Shown piece after piece: positions 7,882 to 15,099 of a stretch of 20,000 nt of DNA. The notes under the pieces were generated by a model. That model was not told the DNA's origin and ran no database searches. It saw nothing but the letters and a program-made list of their open reading frames with translations. Both the position numbers and the translations under genes were made by a program. Within the stretch, counting starts at the first letter, position 1; each line of letters starts with the position of its first letter. Source of the stretch: an uncultured virus (IMG/VR IMGVR_UViG_3300050513_000092) (lineage: Duplodnaviria; Heunggongvirae; Uroviricota; Caudoviricetes); the IMG/VR virus record IMGVR_UViG_3300050513_000092, one strand, 5' to 3'.

Positions 7882-8447
7882 CAGTACCACTTCGCGAGCT
7901 TATCGACCGCCGATACCGCCAAGACGAGGACGGCGCCCTCCGAGTAGCGCTCCGGCTTGTTGATGCGGATGGCGCGCTCCGTGAGAGCCGCGGCGACCTC
8001 GTGGAAGTGCATGCCGCGGGCGCAGAGCAGGTACATGACGTCGAACTCGCGCGGCGCGGCGCGGCGCAGCCTGCGGAATGCGCGTTGGGTGCGGTGCCGT
8101 GGGTCGGTGATGCGGTCGACGCCGTGCGAGCACTTCATGTCGTGGCAGCGATGCTTACCCTCGATCGGGCAGGTGGGTTTGCTGCACCAGGCGCGACCAT
8201 TGCAGGGCCGCTCGATGTAGTTGACGAAGTCGGAATGCAGCTCCGGGGCGCCGCCTGCGTCGATCTCAGAGCTGTGCAGTCGCTCGGGGACCTCTGAGTG
8301 CCAGGACAGCGCGAGCTGCTGGATCCACTGGGCAGTCGATTGCAGCACTTCGGGCGGGAATGAAGGAGCGGGCGCTGCTCCGTGCCCCCTGGGGAGAGCG
8401 CCCGCTACGGCTCCGGCTGACATCGCCGGGAGTATACGCGCTGTCAT
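7881..8447 (-). CDS. putative transcription regulator with C-terminal sigma70 region-4-like HTH (late activator-like)
   Basis: C-terminal 'RRLRRAAPREFDVMYLLCARGMHFHEVAAAL', a central Cys/His cluster, and a position at the distal end of the operon as for RinA/ArpU/Q-type regulators. Confidence 0.5.
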   Translation of the reverse strand: MTARILPAMSAGAVAGALPRGHGAAPAPSFPPEVLQSTAQWIQQLALSWHSEVPERLHSSEIDAGGAPELHSDFVNYIERPCNGRAWCSKPTCPIEGKHRCHDMKCSHGVDRITDPRHRTQRAFRRLRRAAPREFDVMYLLCARGMHFHEVAAALTERAIRINKPERYSEGAVLVLAVSAVDKLAKWY

Positions 8448-8860
8448 GTCCTCGTCGACCAGTCTTCCGAGCCAATAAGCCTAAGCTGCCCATCGCTCAC
8501 GGCGTAGGCATGCACCGGACGGTGCTGATCGAGCGCCTTCTCGACGACGTGCGCGGTGCCGCCTGTCATCTCATCTCCATCGGGGAAGAAGGCGATGACC
8601 TGGTCTGCCGCGGCGACCATTTCGACGTCGCGCAGGAACACCTCAGAACGCCCCCCAGGCTCAGGAGCGCACTCCACCACCTCGAAACCGAGCGCTGTGG
8701 CAAGAGAGGCCACCAGCGCCTCGAATGGCCGTAGTGGCCGTCTCAGAGGCTTGCGGACCAGAATCGAGCCCCCAGGAATGCCCTGGAGCTGCTCGAGGAC
8801 GTGCAAAGCGACCATACCGTCGAGCTCGAGGCTGCGGCTGCCGACGAATACGGTCTTCAC
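8444..8860 (-). CDS. YspA/SLOG-superfamily protein
   Basis: GTG 8860 (GTGA overlap). 'VFVGSR...FLRDVEMVAAADQVIAFF...GGTAHVVEKA' fits the SLOG signature. Confidence 0.75.
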   Translation of the reverse strand: MKTVFVGSRSLELDGMVALHVLEQLQGIPGGSILVRKPLRRPLRPFEALVASLATALGFEVVECAPEPGGRSEVFLRDVEMVAAADQVIAFFPDGDEMTGGTAHVVEKALDQHRPVHAYAVSDGQLRLIGSEDWSTRT

Positions 8861-9303
8861 GTCACACCGCCGACGCCAGTCCAGCCGGTCAGGATTGCCA
8901 CTTCGACCCGAGGATCGTCGCGATGGCCTGTCTCGAGCCACCATGCCTGGCCCAGGAAGCGCTCGTCGTCATAGCGCGGCACGACCCGGACTCCGCGCTT
9001 GCCGTAGAGCTCGCGGGTGCCGAGTCCGATCTTGATGCCGTCGTTGATGACCTTCATGGCGTTGTCCGCATCGACAGCGCGGTTGAGGAAGAACCAGTAG
9101 CGGACCACGATGAGTCCGTGGCCGGTCTTGGGGTCGTAATGGCCGGGATCCCAGCCGCCTGGCATGGCCCGATGAGCGGCATGGCTGACGAGAAGCTGGT
9201 AGTCCGAGATGGCGCGGTCCTTGTAGACCTGCCCACTGCGGCCCTGGCGATAGAGCAGGTTCCCCGTGGGCGGCTGACCCGGGATGACGAACTGGAAGAT
9301 CAT
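8857..9303 (-). CDS. rusA: RusA-family Holliday junction resolvase
   Basis: ATG 9303 (ATGA overlap). Contains 'IPGQPPTGN', the catalytic 'DADNAMKVINDG', 'YDD' and C-terminal 'PRVEV'. Confidence 0.8.
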   Translation of the reverse strand: MIFQFVIPGQPPTGNLLYRQGRSGQVYKDRAISDYQLLVSHAAHRAMPGGWDPGHYDPKTGHGLIVVRYWFFLNRAVDADNAMKVINDGIKIGLGTRELYGKRGVRVVPRYDDERFLGQAWWLETGHRDDPRVEVAILTGWTGVGGVT

Positions 9304-9482
9304 TCCTTGAACGACTCGGTCAACAGGTCGAAGAAGACGGCTGCCAAGAAGGTCACGAGGGTGGTGGCGATGGCCCACCAGATCGGGACGACCTTGTTCG
9401 CCAACGTGAGGACGACGGCCAGCAGGTAGCCGAACGCCCCCGCGAGGATGGCGAGGGTCGCAGAGATGATGATGCGGTTCAC
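9300..9482 (-). CDS. small 2-TM membrane protein
   Basis: GTG 9482 overlaps the HNH stop. 60 aa with two hydrophobic helices. Confidence 0.7.
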   Translation of the reverse strand: MNRIIISATLAILAGAFGYLLAVVLTLANKVVPIWWAIATTLVTFLAAVFFDLLTESFKE

Positions 9483-9901
9483 GCGCTGCCTCCCAGCTTC
9501 CCGGAGCATGCCCGTGAGCACGTCCGTCCCAACCCCCGCTTCCAGTCCGCCCAGCGCGGCCTGAACACCTTGCCGTCGACCGGGCAGGTCACGCGCAGCG
9601 CTGCATACTCGGCCAGCTCCTCGGGGCTCTTCAGCCCCTTCTCGCGGTTACAGCTCAGGCACGACCGCACGATGTTGTCCTTGCGGTTGGCGCCGCCGCG
9701 TGCATACGGAACGACGTGGTCGAAGCTCCCCTCCATCGGAGGCAGCTCCGTGCCGCAATAGGAGCAGAACCCATCGCTGTCGACCATGATCTCCGCCAGC
9801 TCGAATGCGGCCACCAGGCCGGGCGCTCCGAGGCGGACGGCCTTGGTATTCATGGCCGCGGCGAGTCGTACCAAACGGCGATGCAGGGCGTCCTGCGTCA
9901 C
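9479..9901 (-). CDS. HNH endonuclease with C-terminal zinc finger
   Basis: 'CSYCG...FDHVVPYARGGANRKDNIVRSCLSCNREKG' followed by 'CPVDGKVF...CSRAC'. Confidence 0.9.
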   Translation of the reverse strand: MTQDALHRRLVRLAAAMNTKAVRLGAPGLVAAFELAEIMVDSDGFCSYCGTELPPMEGSFDHVVPYARGGANRKDNIVRSCLSCNREKGLKSPEELAEYAALRVTCPVDGKVFRPRWADWKRGLGRTCSRACSGKLGGSA

Positions 9902-10851
9902 GGGCTGATGGCCCGCCTGAGCCCTTGGCCGGAGATCACCGACCCATATCGCGCCGCAGCGATCATGCAGCGCGACAGCAGCAGGGCGATCGTGGCGTCC
10001 TCGGGAGGCACGGGAGGGGGACCTCCGCTACGAACGGCCTCGGCGAAAGCCTCGAGTTCGATCGCCAGCGGCTCGCGCTGATCCTCGATCCCAATCCGGA
10101 GAAGGCGCCCGGTCTTCGGATAGAAGTCCAGGCGGTGATTGCCGAGATCGGCTTCGAGTGTGCCGTCTTCGCCTGTGACCACGAGCATGTGCGGGAACTT
10201 GGTCGGAGCCAGCCAGTTGATGTTCAGCGTGCCGATGACACCGTTGGCGAACCGTAGCACGCCAGCCAGGACGTCCTCGTGCTGATCGATGACCCGGCGC
10301 TCCATCTCTGCGTAGAGACGGATCGGCTCGGACCGGGTCAGGTAGCGCATCAGGTCCAGGTCATGTGGTGCCAGGTCGACCACGACGCCCACGTCTCGGA
10401 TGCGAGCGGGGAACGGGCCACTGCGGCTGGCATGGATCTCGTAGATAGGCCCCAGCTCGGGCAACATCTGCCTGAGCTGCGTGATCGCCGGGTTGAATCG
10501 CTCGATATGGCCGACCGTGAGGATGCGACCGGCGTCACGCGCAGCAGCCATCATCTCGCGTGCTTCCCCACGATCAACCGCGATCGGCTTCTCCACGAGC
10601 ACGTGGCAGCCCATCTGGAGAGCAGCGATAGTCACTTCTCGATGCAGCGAGGTCGGAACCGCCACGCTGACGAGGTCGACCCGCATCTCGGCAAGCATCG
10701 TTCGGAAGTCACTGAAGGTGAAGAGCCCCCCCGGGATCGGAATGAGTGGATCGGCCACTGCCACGAGCTCGATACTAGGGATGGTCGGCCACACGCGGGC
10801 GTGCCTCGCGCCCATGACGCCCAGGCCGATCACGGCCGCGCGTAGGGTCAC
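9898..10851 (-). CDS. Gfo/Idh/MocA NAD-dependent oxidoreductase (WlbA/WbpB/GnnA-like nucleotide-sugar 3-dehydrogenase)
   Basis: Rossmann GLGVMG, EKP motif, GHIERFNPA and DLAPHDLD (catalytic His). 317 aa, GTGA-coupled to the aminotransferase. Confidence 0.92.
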   Translation of the reverse strand: MTLRAAVIGLGVMGARHARVWPTIPSIELVAVADPLIPIPGGLFTFSDFRTMLAEMRVDLVSVAVPTSLHREVTIAALQMGCHVLVEKPIAVDRGEAREMMAAARDAGRILTVGHIERFNPAITQLRQMLPELGPIYEIHASRSGPFPARIRDVGVVVDLAPHDLDLMRYLTRSEPIRLYAEMERRVIDQHEDVLAGVLRFANGVIGTLNINWLAPTKFPHMLVVTGEDGTLEADLGNHRLDFYPKTGRLLRIGIEDQREPLAIELEAFAEAVRSGGPPPVPPEDATIALLLSRCMIAAARYGSVISGQGLRRAISP

Positions 10852-11915
10852 ACCAGCTCCTCTGCCACCTGGTTGACGGCCTGGACCACGGTAGACACGT
10901 CGGCGTCAGAAAGGCCGGGATGGACGGGGATCGACAGGATCTCGTCGCAGAGCTGCTCGGTCACCGGGAAATGCTCGTAATGCTCGAACGGCGGTTGGCG
11001 ATGGAGCGGGATCGGGTAGTGGATGCCCGTCTGCACGCCCAGCGCGAGCAGCCGCTTCGCGAAGCGATCCCGATGAGGGACGCGAATCACGTACTGGTGG
11101 TAGACATGGAGGTTGTACTTCTTCACGAACGGTACGGGGACGTGGAGCTCGGCGTTGTAGATCTTCGCGATCTCGATTCGCCTGCTGGTGAAGCGGGCTA
11201 GCTTAGCGAGCTGGGCGAGGCCGATGGCGGCCTGGATGTCGGTCATGCGGGCGTTGAACCCAACCGCCTCTGATCGATAGCGCTTCCGCTCGCCGTGGGA
11301 ACGGAGCAGGCGGACACGGGTGGCGAGGACCGAATCCGGCGTCGTGAGCATGCCGCCTTCACCAGTCGTCATGTTCTTGGTGGCATAGAAGCTGAACGTG
11401 CCGCCCATTCCCCAGGTGCCGCTCATCTTGAAGCCCGACATGGCACCGTGGGCCTGCGAGGCGTCCTCGAGCAGGGCGATGCCGCGCATGTCCGCAATGC
11501 TCGCTAGGGCAGGCATATCTGCGGGCTGTCCGTACAGGCTGACGGGCAGGATGACCCGCGTCTGTTTGGTGATGGCGGCCTCGACCAGATTGGGGTCGAG
11601 GCAGAATGTCTTCTCGTCGACGTCGACGAACACCGGGGTTGCCCCGGCTAGGTCGATGGCGGACGCCGTGGCGATGAAGCTGAGCGGCGTAGTGATGACC
11701 TCATCGCCCGGGCGAAGGCCGAGCGCCAGGAGCGTCAGGTGTAACGCCGAGGTGCCGTTGCTGAGCGCGACCGCGAAGGTCGAGTCGATGTATGCCGCGA
11801 AACGACGCTCGAACTCGGCCACGACGTCCCCCTGGGCGAGGTGCCCGGAGTTGAGGACCGCGGCTACCGCGGCCTTCTCCTCCTCGCCCATAAGGGGCTT
11901 GGAGATGGGGATCAC
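10848..11915 (-). CDS. DegT/DnrJ/EryC1/StrS PLP-dependent sugar aminotransferase
   Basis: Likely start GTG 11915 (IPISKP). Motifs SNGTSALH, EDASQAHGA, SFYATKNMTTGEGG (PLP lysine), GFNARMTDIQAAIG and HVYHQY. Confidence 0.95.
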   Translation of the reverse strand: MIPISKPLMGEEEKAAVAAVLNSGHLAQGDVVAEFERRFAAYIDSTFAVALSNGTSALHLTLLALGLRPGDEVITTPLSFIATASAIDLAGATPVFVDVDEKTFCLDPNLVEAAITKQTRVILPVSLYGQPADMPALASIADMRGIALLEDASQAHGAMSGFKMSGTWGMGGTFSFYATKNMTTGEGGMLTTPDSVLATRVRLLRSHGERKRYRSEAVGFNARMTDIQAAIGLAQLAKLARFTSRRIEIAKIYNAELHVPVPFVKKYNLHVYHQYVIRVPHRDRFAKRLLALGVQTGIHYPIPLHRQPPFEHYEHFPVTEQLCDEILSIPVHPGLSDADVSTVVQAVNQVAEELV

Positions 11916-11938
11916 GGCAGCGGTATCGTCGGGCCGAT

Positions 11939-12079
11939 CTAGTGGATCACCTGGGCCAGCAGGTAGAAGGCGACGCCGATCGCCCACCACTTCGGGCTGA
12001 AGACACCCAGGCTGATGCCGAGCCCCTCGAAGATGAAGCAGGCAGCGGCGGCCAGAATGAGAAGAAACGATGCGCTCAT
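11939..12079 (-). CDS. 46-aa 2-TM membrane protein (not in ORF track)
   Basis: Translated by hand as MSASFLLILAAAACFIFEGLGISLGVFSPKWWAIGVAFYLLAQVIH*. ATGA overlap with the upstream stop. Confidence 0.7.
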   Translation of the reverse strand: MSASFLLILAAAACFIFEGLGISLGVFSPKWWAIGVAFYLLAQVIH

Positions 12080-12273
12080 GTGTTCAGCACGGCCTCCATG
12101 ATCTCGTCGAATGTGGGGGTCTCGTCGGGCAGCATGACTGCCATCGAAACCAAATACGCCGCGAAGGTTAGCGCTTCGATCTTGGACAGCACCCTCGTCG
12201 GCGGGAACAGGACGACGATCGCCCCACCCTTCACGCCGACCATGTAGCGGTTAGCTGTATCGATCTCAGGCAC
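12076..12273 (-). CDS. hypothetical phage protein
   Basis: 65 aa, overlapping both neighbours in the operon. Confidence 0.65.
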   Translation of the reverse strand: MPEIDTANRYMVGVKGGAIVVLFPPTRVLSKIEALTFAAYLVSMAVMLPDETPTFDEIMEAVLNT

Positions 12274-12472
12274 GGAAGCAGTTCTCGCATCGGTTGGTGT
12301 AGCCGCTCAGCGAGGTCCCCTCATCGAGCTCGATCACGTTGCCCGCCTTGCGAGCCGCGTCGATGTTGTCCTTCTCGAGCGTGAAGACACCAGAGTCATC
12401 CTCCCAGCCGCGATGCAGCTTGTCTCCGACGAGGAAGAAGACCGCGCTGGGGATGGTACGTTCGATGACCAC
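12266..12472 (-). CDS. hypothetical phage protein
   Basis: AGGAGG SD, GTG start and a C-terminal CxxC. Confidence 0.65.
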   Translation of the reverse strand: MVIERTIPSAVFFLVGDKLHRGWEDDSGVFTLEKDNIDAARKAGNVIELDEGTSLSGYTNRCENCFRA

Positions 12473-12481
12473 GGAGACCTC

Positions 12482-12691
12482 CTAGTGGCAGATGTGGTGG
12501 TTGGTGCCGTGGCGGACCTCGCAGTCGCCACAGTATTCCGAGGCGGTGACGGCGATGCAGTCGTCCTGGCAGTGTTGACACAGACAGTCGCGCCCAGGGT
12601 GGTAAGCGACGCTCGTGACTCGGATGGAGTCGATGACGCGGACGCCGTCCTCATCGTGTGATCGCAGGACCTCCCCCTGGACGTGGTACAC
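12482..12691 (-). CDS. Cys/His-rich small protein
   Basis: GAGGT-type SD region. Contains CLCQHC...C...CGDC...HHICH. Confidence 0.55.
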   Translation of the reverse strand: MYHVQGEVLRSHDEDGVRVIDSIRVTSVAYHPGRDCLCQHCQDDCIAVTASEYCGDCEVRHGTNHHICH

Positions 12692-12697
12692 CTCAGC

Positions 12698-12895
12698 CTA
12701 GCCTCCGGTCAACTGCAAGAGGCCCCCGCCATCGATGAAGTCGCCGAGCGTCTTGCCGCCCTTCATCACCAGGTACGGCATGAACTCCCGCTCGAGCGTC
12801 GTGTCGCCACCGTCGATGAACTCCAGCTTGGCCTTGAGCAGCAGGACGTTGGCGCGCCAGACCCGCCGCGGCATACGCCCTGAGTCGTAGCTCAT
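12698..12895 (-). CDS. C-terminal portion of a conserved phage protein (WRA..L.LKAKLE family), with its own start
   Basis: 'RRVWRANVLLLKAKLEFIDGGDTTLEREFMPYLVMKGGKTLG', with a GAGGAG SD before ATG 12895. Confidence 0.65.
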   Translation of the reverse strand: MSYDSGRMPRRVWRANVLLLKAKLEFIDGGDTTLEREFMPYLVMKGGKTLGDFIDGGGLLQLTGG

Positions 12896-13143
12896 GTGCT
12901 GCTCCTCATGTCCCTGATGATGCTCAGGATGCGGTCCACAGTGAATGGACCACTGATCTCGTTGATCTGCTTGTCGATCTCATCCAGCACGCGAGCCCGT
13001 TCATCCTTAGCCGACTCACGGATCACGATGCGGATGGAGTTCCACAACTCACCGAGTGCGAGTCGCTCGATCTCCATCTTCATCTGACGATCCCAATGCT
13101 CGGGAGTCATAGGCTTCCGCAAAGGATCGTTTTGTTGCGTCAT
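12892..13143 (-). CDS. hypothetical helical protein inside the intervening cassette
   Basis: ATG 13143 overlaps the upstream stop (ATGA). The region is visibly more AT-rich than its flanks. Confidence 0.6.
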   Translation of the reverse strand: MTQQNDPLRKPMTPEHWDRQMKMEIERLALGELWNSIRIVIRESAKDERARVLDEIDKQINEISGPFTVDRILSIIRDMRSST

Positions 13144-13367
13144 GCCAAGGCGTCCTTCGACCGCTTCCACAAGCAGCCCTCGCGGTGCTCACCGCTGTTC
13201 ATGTCGGGCGTGTCGTCCCACCACTCAGCGACCACACTCGGATCGAGTCGGACGTAGGGCTGCGTGGCGTAGCACGAGTAGCAGACCCACGGATCGTCGT
13301 CGGTCTGCACCAACCCGTCTCCGGGTGTAGCCCGCTCCCACGGGTTGTCCGCGGCTCGGTGGCCCAC
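13140..13367 (-). CDS. hypothetical protein (CxxC...H..GC), possibly 5'-truncated
   Basis: 'WVCYSCYATQP...EHREGCLW' reads like real protein. The start is weak and lies across the cassette junction. Confidence 0.45.
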   Translation of the reverse strand: MGHRAADNPWERATPGDGLVQTDDDPWVCYSCYATQPYVRLDPSVVAEWWDDTPDMNSGEHREGCLWKRSKDALA

Positions 13368-13468
13368 GCCATCCGCATGCAGCCGTGTTTGGTCAGGATG
13401 CCGCCGATCTCTCCGCGGCTACTCTCGACCGACACCTTCGTCCCCTCGGCGAACCGGACGGCTCTCAC
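13349..13468 (-). pseudogene. N-terminal portion of the same conserved phage protein as 12698-12895
   Basis: AAGGAG SD plus GTG. 'RFAEGTKVSVESSRGEIGGILTKHG...AWATEP' then runs into non-protein-like sequence up to the stop at 13199. Confidence 0.6.
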
Positions 13469-13776
13469 AGCTTCTCCTTGGCTGGCTGTCTGATGAAGGA
13501 TGCGTATAGCAGCCTGAGCCTGTCGACTGCGCGGACCTCGCCATAGACGTTGACCTCCTCAACGACACCGCCCCACCCGACCTCCAGGTCGACGTCCCCG
13601 ACGAGCCGACCGTCTTCCAGACGCAAGTTGGAGACGGTTGCGACAGGCTGGTGGAAGTCATTCCCCATCAGGAGTGGGTACGAGCCCTGATGAACCACTC
13701 CCGCTGGATCGACGGCATCGCGATCAGGATCAGCGAGGAGCTGCTCCGCGATGGTGGGGAAGATGATGATCTTCAT
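13465..13776 (-). CDS. hypothetical protein resembling a degenerate HK97-type prohead protease fold
   Basis: ATG 13776 (ATGA overlap). 'YPLLMGNDFHQPVATVSNLRLEDGRLVG...RLRLLYASFIRQPA'. Confidence 0.5.
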   Translation of the reverse strand: MKIIIFPTIAEQLLADPDRDAVDPAGVVHQGSYPLLMGNDFHQPVATVSNLRLEDGRLVGDVDLEVGWGGVVEEVNVYGEVRAVDRLRLLYASFIRQPAKEKL

Positions 13777-13979
13777 CCCGCCGCCCCTGTCAGATACGTG
13801 AGCGCGCCCTCGAGAACAAAGCACTCCTTGGGATGCTCGACCCGTAGGTGCTGCCCGAACTTGAGCATGGCCTCGGCGAGGTCCCCTTCGGTATAGCCGA
13901 AGGCCCAGTGGGGCGGTTTCCGCTCCTTGTCCCATGGACGGGTTTCGCTGAATGGACACTCGACAGATCGCTGGTTCAT
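13773..13979 (-). CDS. hypothetical phage protein
   Basis: 68 aa with ATGA coupling at both ends. Confidence 0.65.
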   Translation of the reverse strand: MNQRSVECPFSETRPWDKERKPPHWAFGYTEGDLAEAMLKFGQHLRVEHPKECFVLEGALTYLTGAAG

Positions 13980-14098
13980 CGGAGCACCCTGTCGAGGAAG
14001 GCGACGATGGGGGTCAGGTGGAACAGGATGTAGATCAGCAGGAGCGTGAAGACGGCTTCGGTGGCGCAGCCTCCGACCGAATGGCTGTGGTCGCTCAT
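13976..14098 (-). CDS. 40-aa single-TM protein (not in ORF track)
   Basis: Translated by hand as MSDHSHSVGGCATEAVFTLLLIYILFHLTPIVAFLDRVLR*. ATGA overlaps at both ends. Confidence 0.7.
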   Translation of the reverse strand: MSDHSHSVGGCATEAVFTLLLIYILFHLTPIVAFLDRVLR

Positions 14099-14319
14099 CG
14101 TGGAGCCTCGTCGCAGACCACGCACTCGCTCACGACGCGAAGCGACTCGACCGAGCCATCAGGGCGCATCACGGTTCTCAGCGTCGGCAGGTAGGTGTGG
14201 ATCCCGATTAGGTGCTTCAGCCGCGCGGTCAGGTTGATCGGCACTCGCCGCCAGGGCGGCACGCGTATCAGCTTCGCGGCGGCGCTCAGCGAGATAGAGC
14301 CGCTGCTCTTCTCGGTCAT
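14095..14319 (-). CDS. hypothetical protein with C-terminal CxxC
   Basis: 74 aa, coupled at both ends. 'LIGIHTY...ECVVCD'. Confidence 0.65.
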   Translation of the reverse strand: MTEKSSGSISLSAAAKLIRVPPWRRVPINLTARLKHLIGIHTYLPTLRTVMRPDGSVESLRVVSECVVCDEAPR

Positions 14320-14654
14320 TTCCTGCTGGCCCAGTAAGCGTTAGCCCTGACGCGGCCTAGCTCACTCCATCGTTCAGGGTCGGTTTGCCAAGCAGCTCGT
14401 CCCCTAGAAATCATGTCTCGCATGTTGTCCGCGATCGTCCCTTCCGTTAGATGGTCCGGCCTGACGCAGGGCGGGTTGTCACAGGAATGAAGCACCTGAG
14501 CGATGGGCCAGCGGCCCCGGGTGAGGGCAAATGCAACGTGGCTGGCCTGTATTGTCGTGCCCCGAATCCCAAGATGGCCGTAGCCGCCCTTTGTCCGAGC
14601 ACCTGTCCATACCCAGCACCCGTCACTCTCCTCCACCCGGCTCCAGAAGTTCAC
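14316..14654 (-). CDS. HNH homing-type endonuclease (HNH_3-like)
   Basis: 'FWSRVEESDGCWVWTGA...GYG...VLHSCDNPPCVRPDHLTEGTIADNMRDM'. The start is uncertain (GTG 14654 or 14672). Confidence 0.88.
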   Translation of the reverse strand: MNFWSRVEESDGCWVWTGARTKGGYGHLGIRGTTIQASHVAFALTRGRWPIAQVLHSCDNPPCVRPDHLTEGTIADNMRDMISRGRAAWQTDPERWSELGRVRANAYWASRK

Positions 14655-15099
14655 GCTCGCGGCGTCTTTCACGGAGATAGGCTCTCTCTTCCTCGCGATG
14701 CGAAGTGTTCCAGCAGTAGCCAGCTTTGAGTCCTCGTTCATCGTGGGTAGCGCAGAGGGCGATGAGGTGTTCTTCGTCATCCTCGGCCTTCACTCCCATT
14801 CGGGGTCCGACCTTCACGTGGTCTAGGTTCCATCCGCCCGAGCACGTCCCCCAAACTGCTGGGTCCATCACCCATGCCGGACAAGGGAAGTGCGGCGCGA
14901 ACTGGCCGTAGGCGAACGTCCCGCCGAAGGTGATCTCCTCCGGCCTCGCGATCCCCCGCTCGATCATCGTCTTCTTGACGACCTCCATATCGCGGATCGT
15001 CACCATCAAGCGCAGACGTTCCCACTTCTCGTGGGACATCCCCGGGCGGCGTCGCGGTCGACGTCGGATAGGCATACGGGGCAGCCTAGAGGTGGACAT
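14623..15099 (-). CDS. divergent HNH-fold protein
   Basis: 'W..LR..V..RD...C...CSGGWNLDHVK...EHLIALCATHD'. The start is uncertain (15099 overlaps the upstream stop). Confidence 0.65.
   Translation of the reverse strand: MSTSRLPRMPIRRRPRRRPGMSHEKWERLRLMVTIRDMEVVKKTMIERGIARPEEITFGGTFAYGQFAPHFPCPAWVMDPAVWGTCSGGWNLDHVKVGPRMGVKAEDDEEHLIALCATHDERGLKAGYCWNTSHREEERAYLRERRRERELLEPGGGE

Noticed and set aside
12866..13355. Self-splicing intron explaining the split gene
   Set aside because: No recognisable group I/II core motifs or boundaries. The segment is filled with coupled ORFs.
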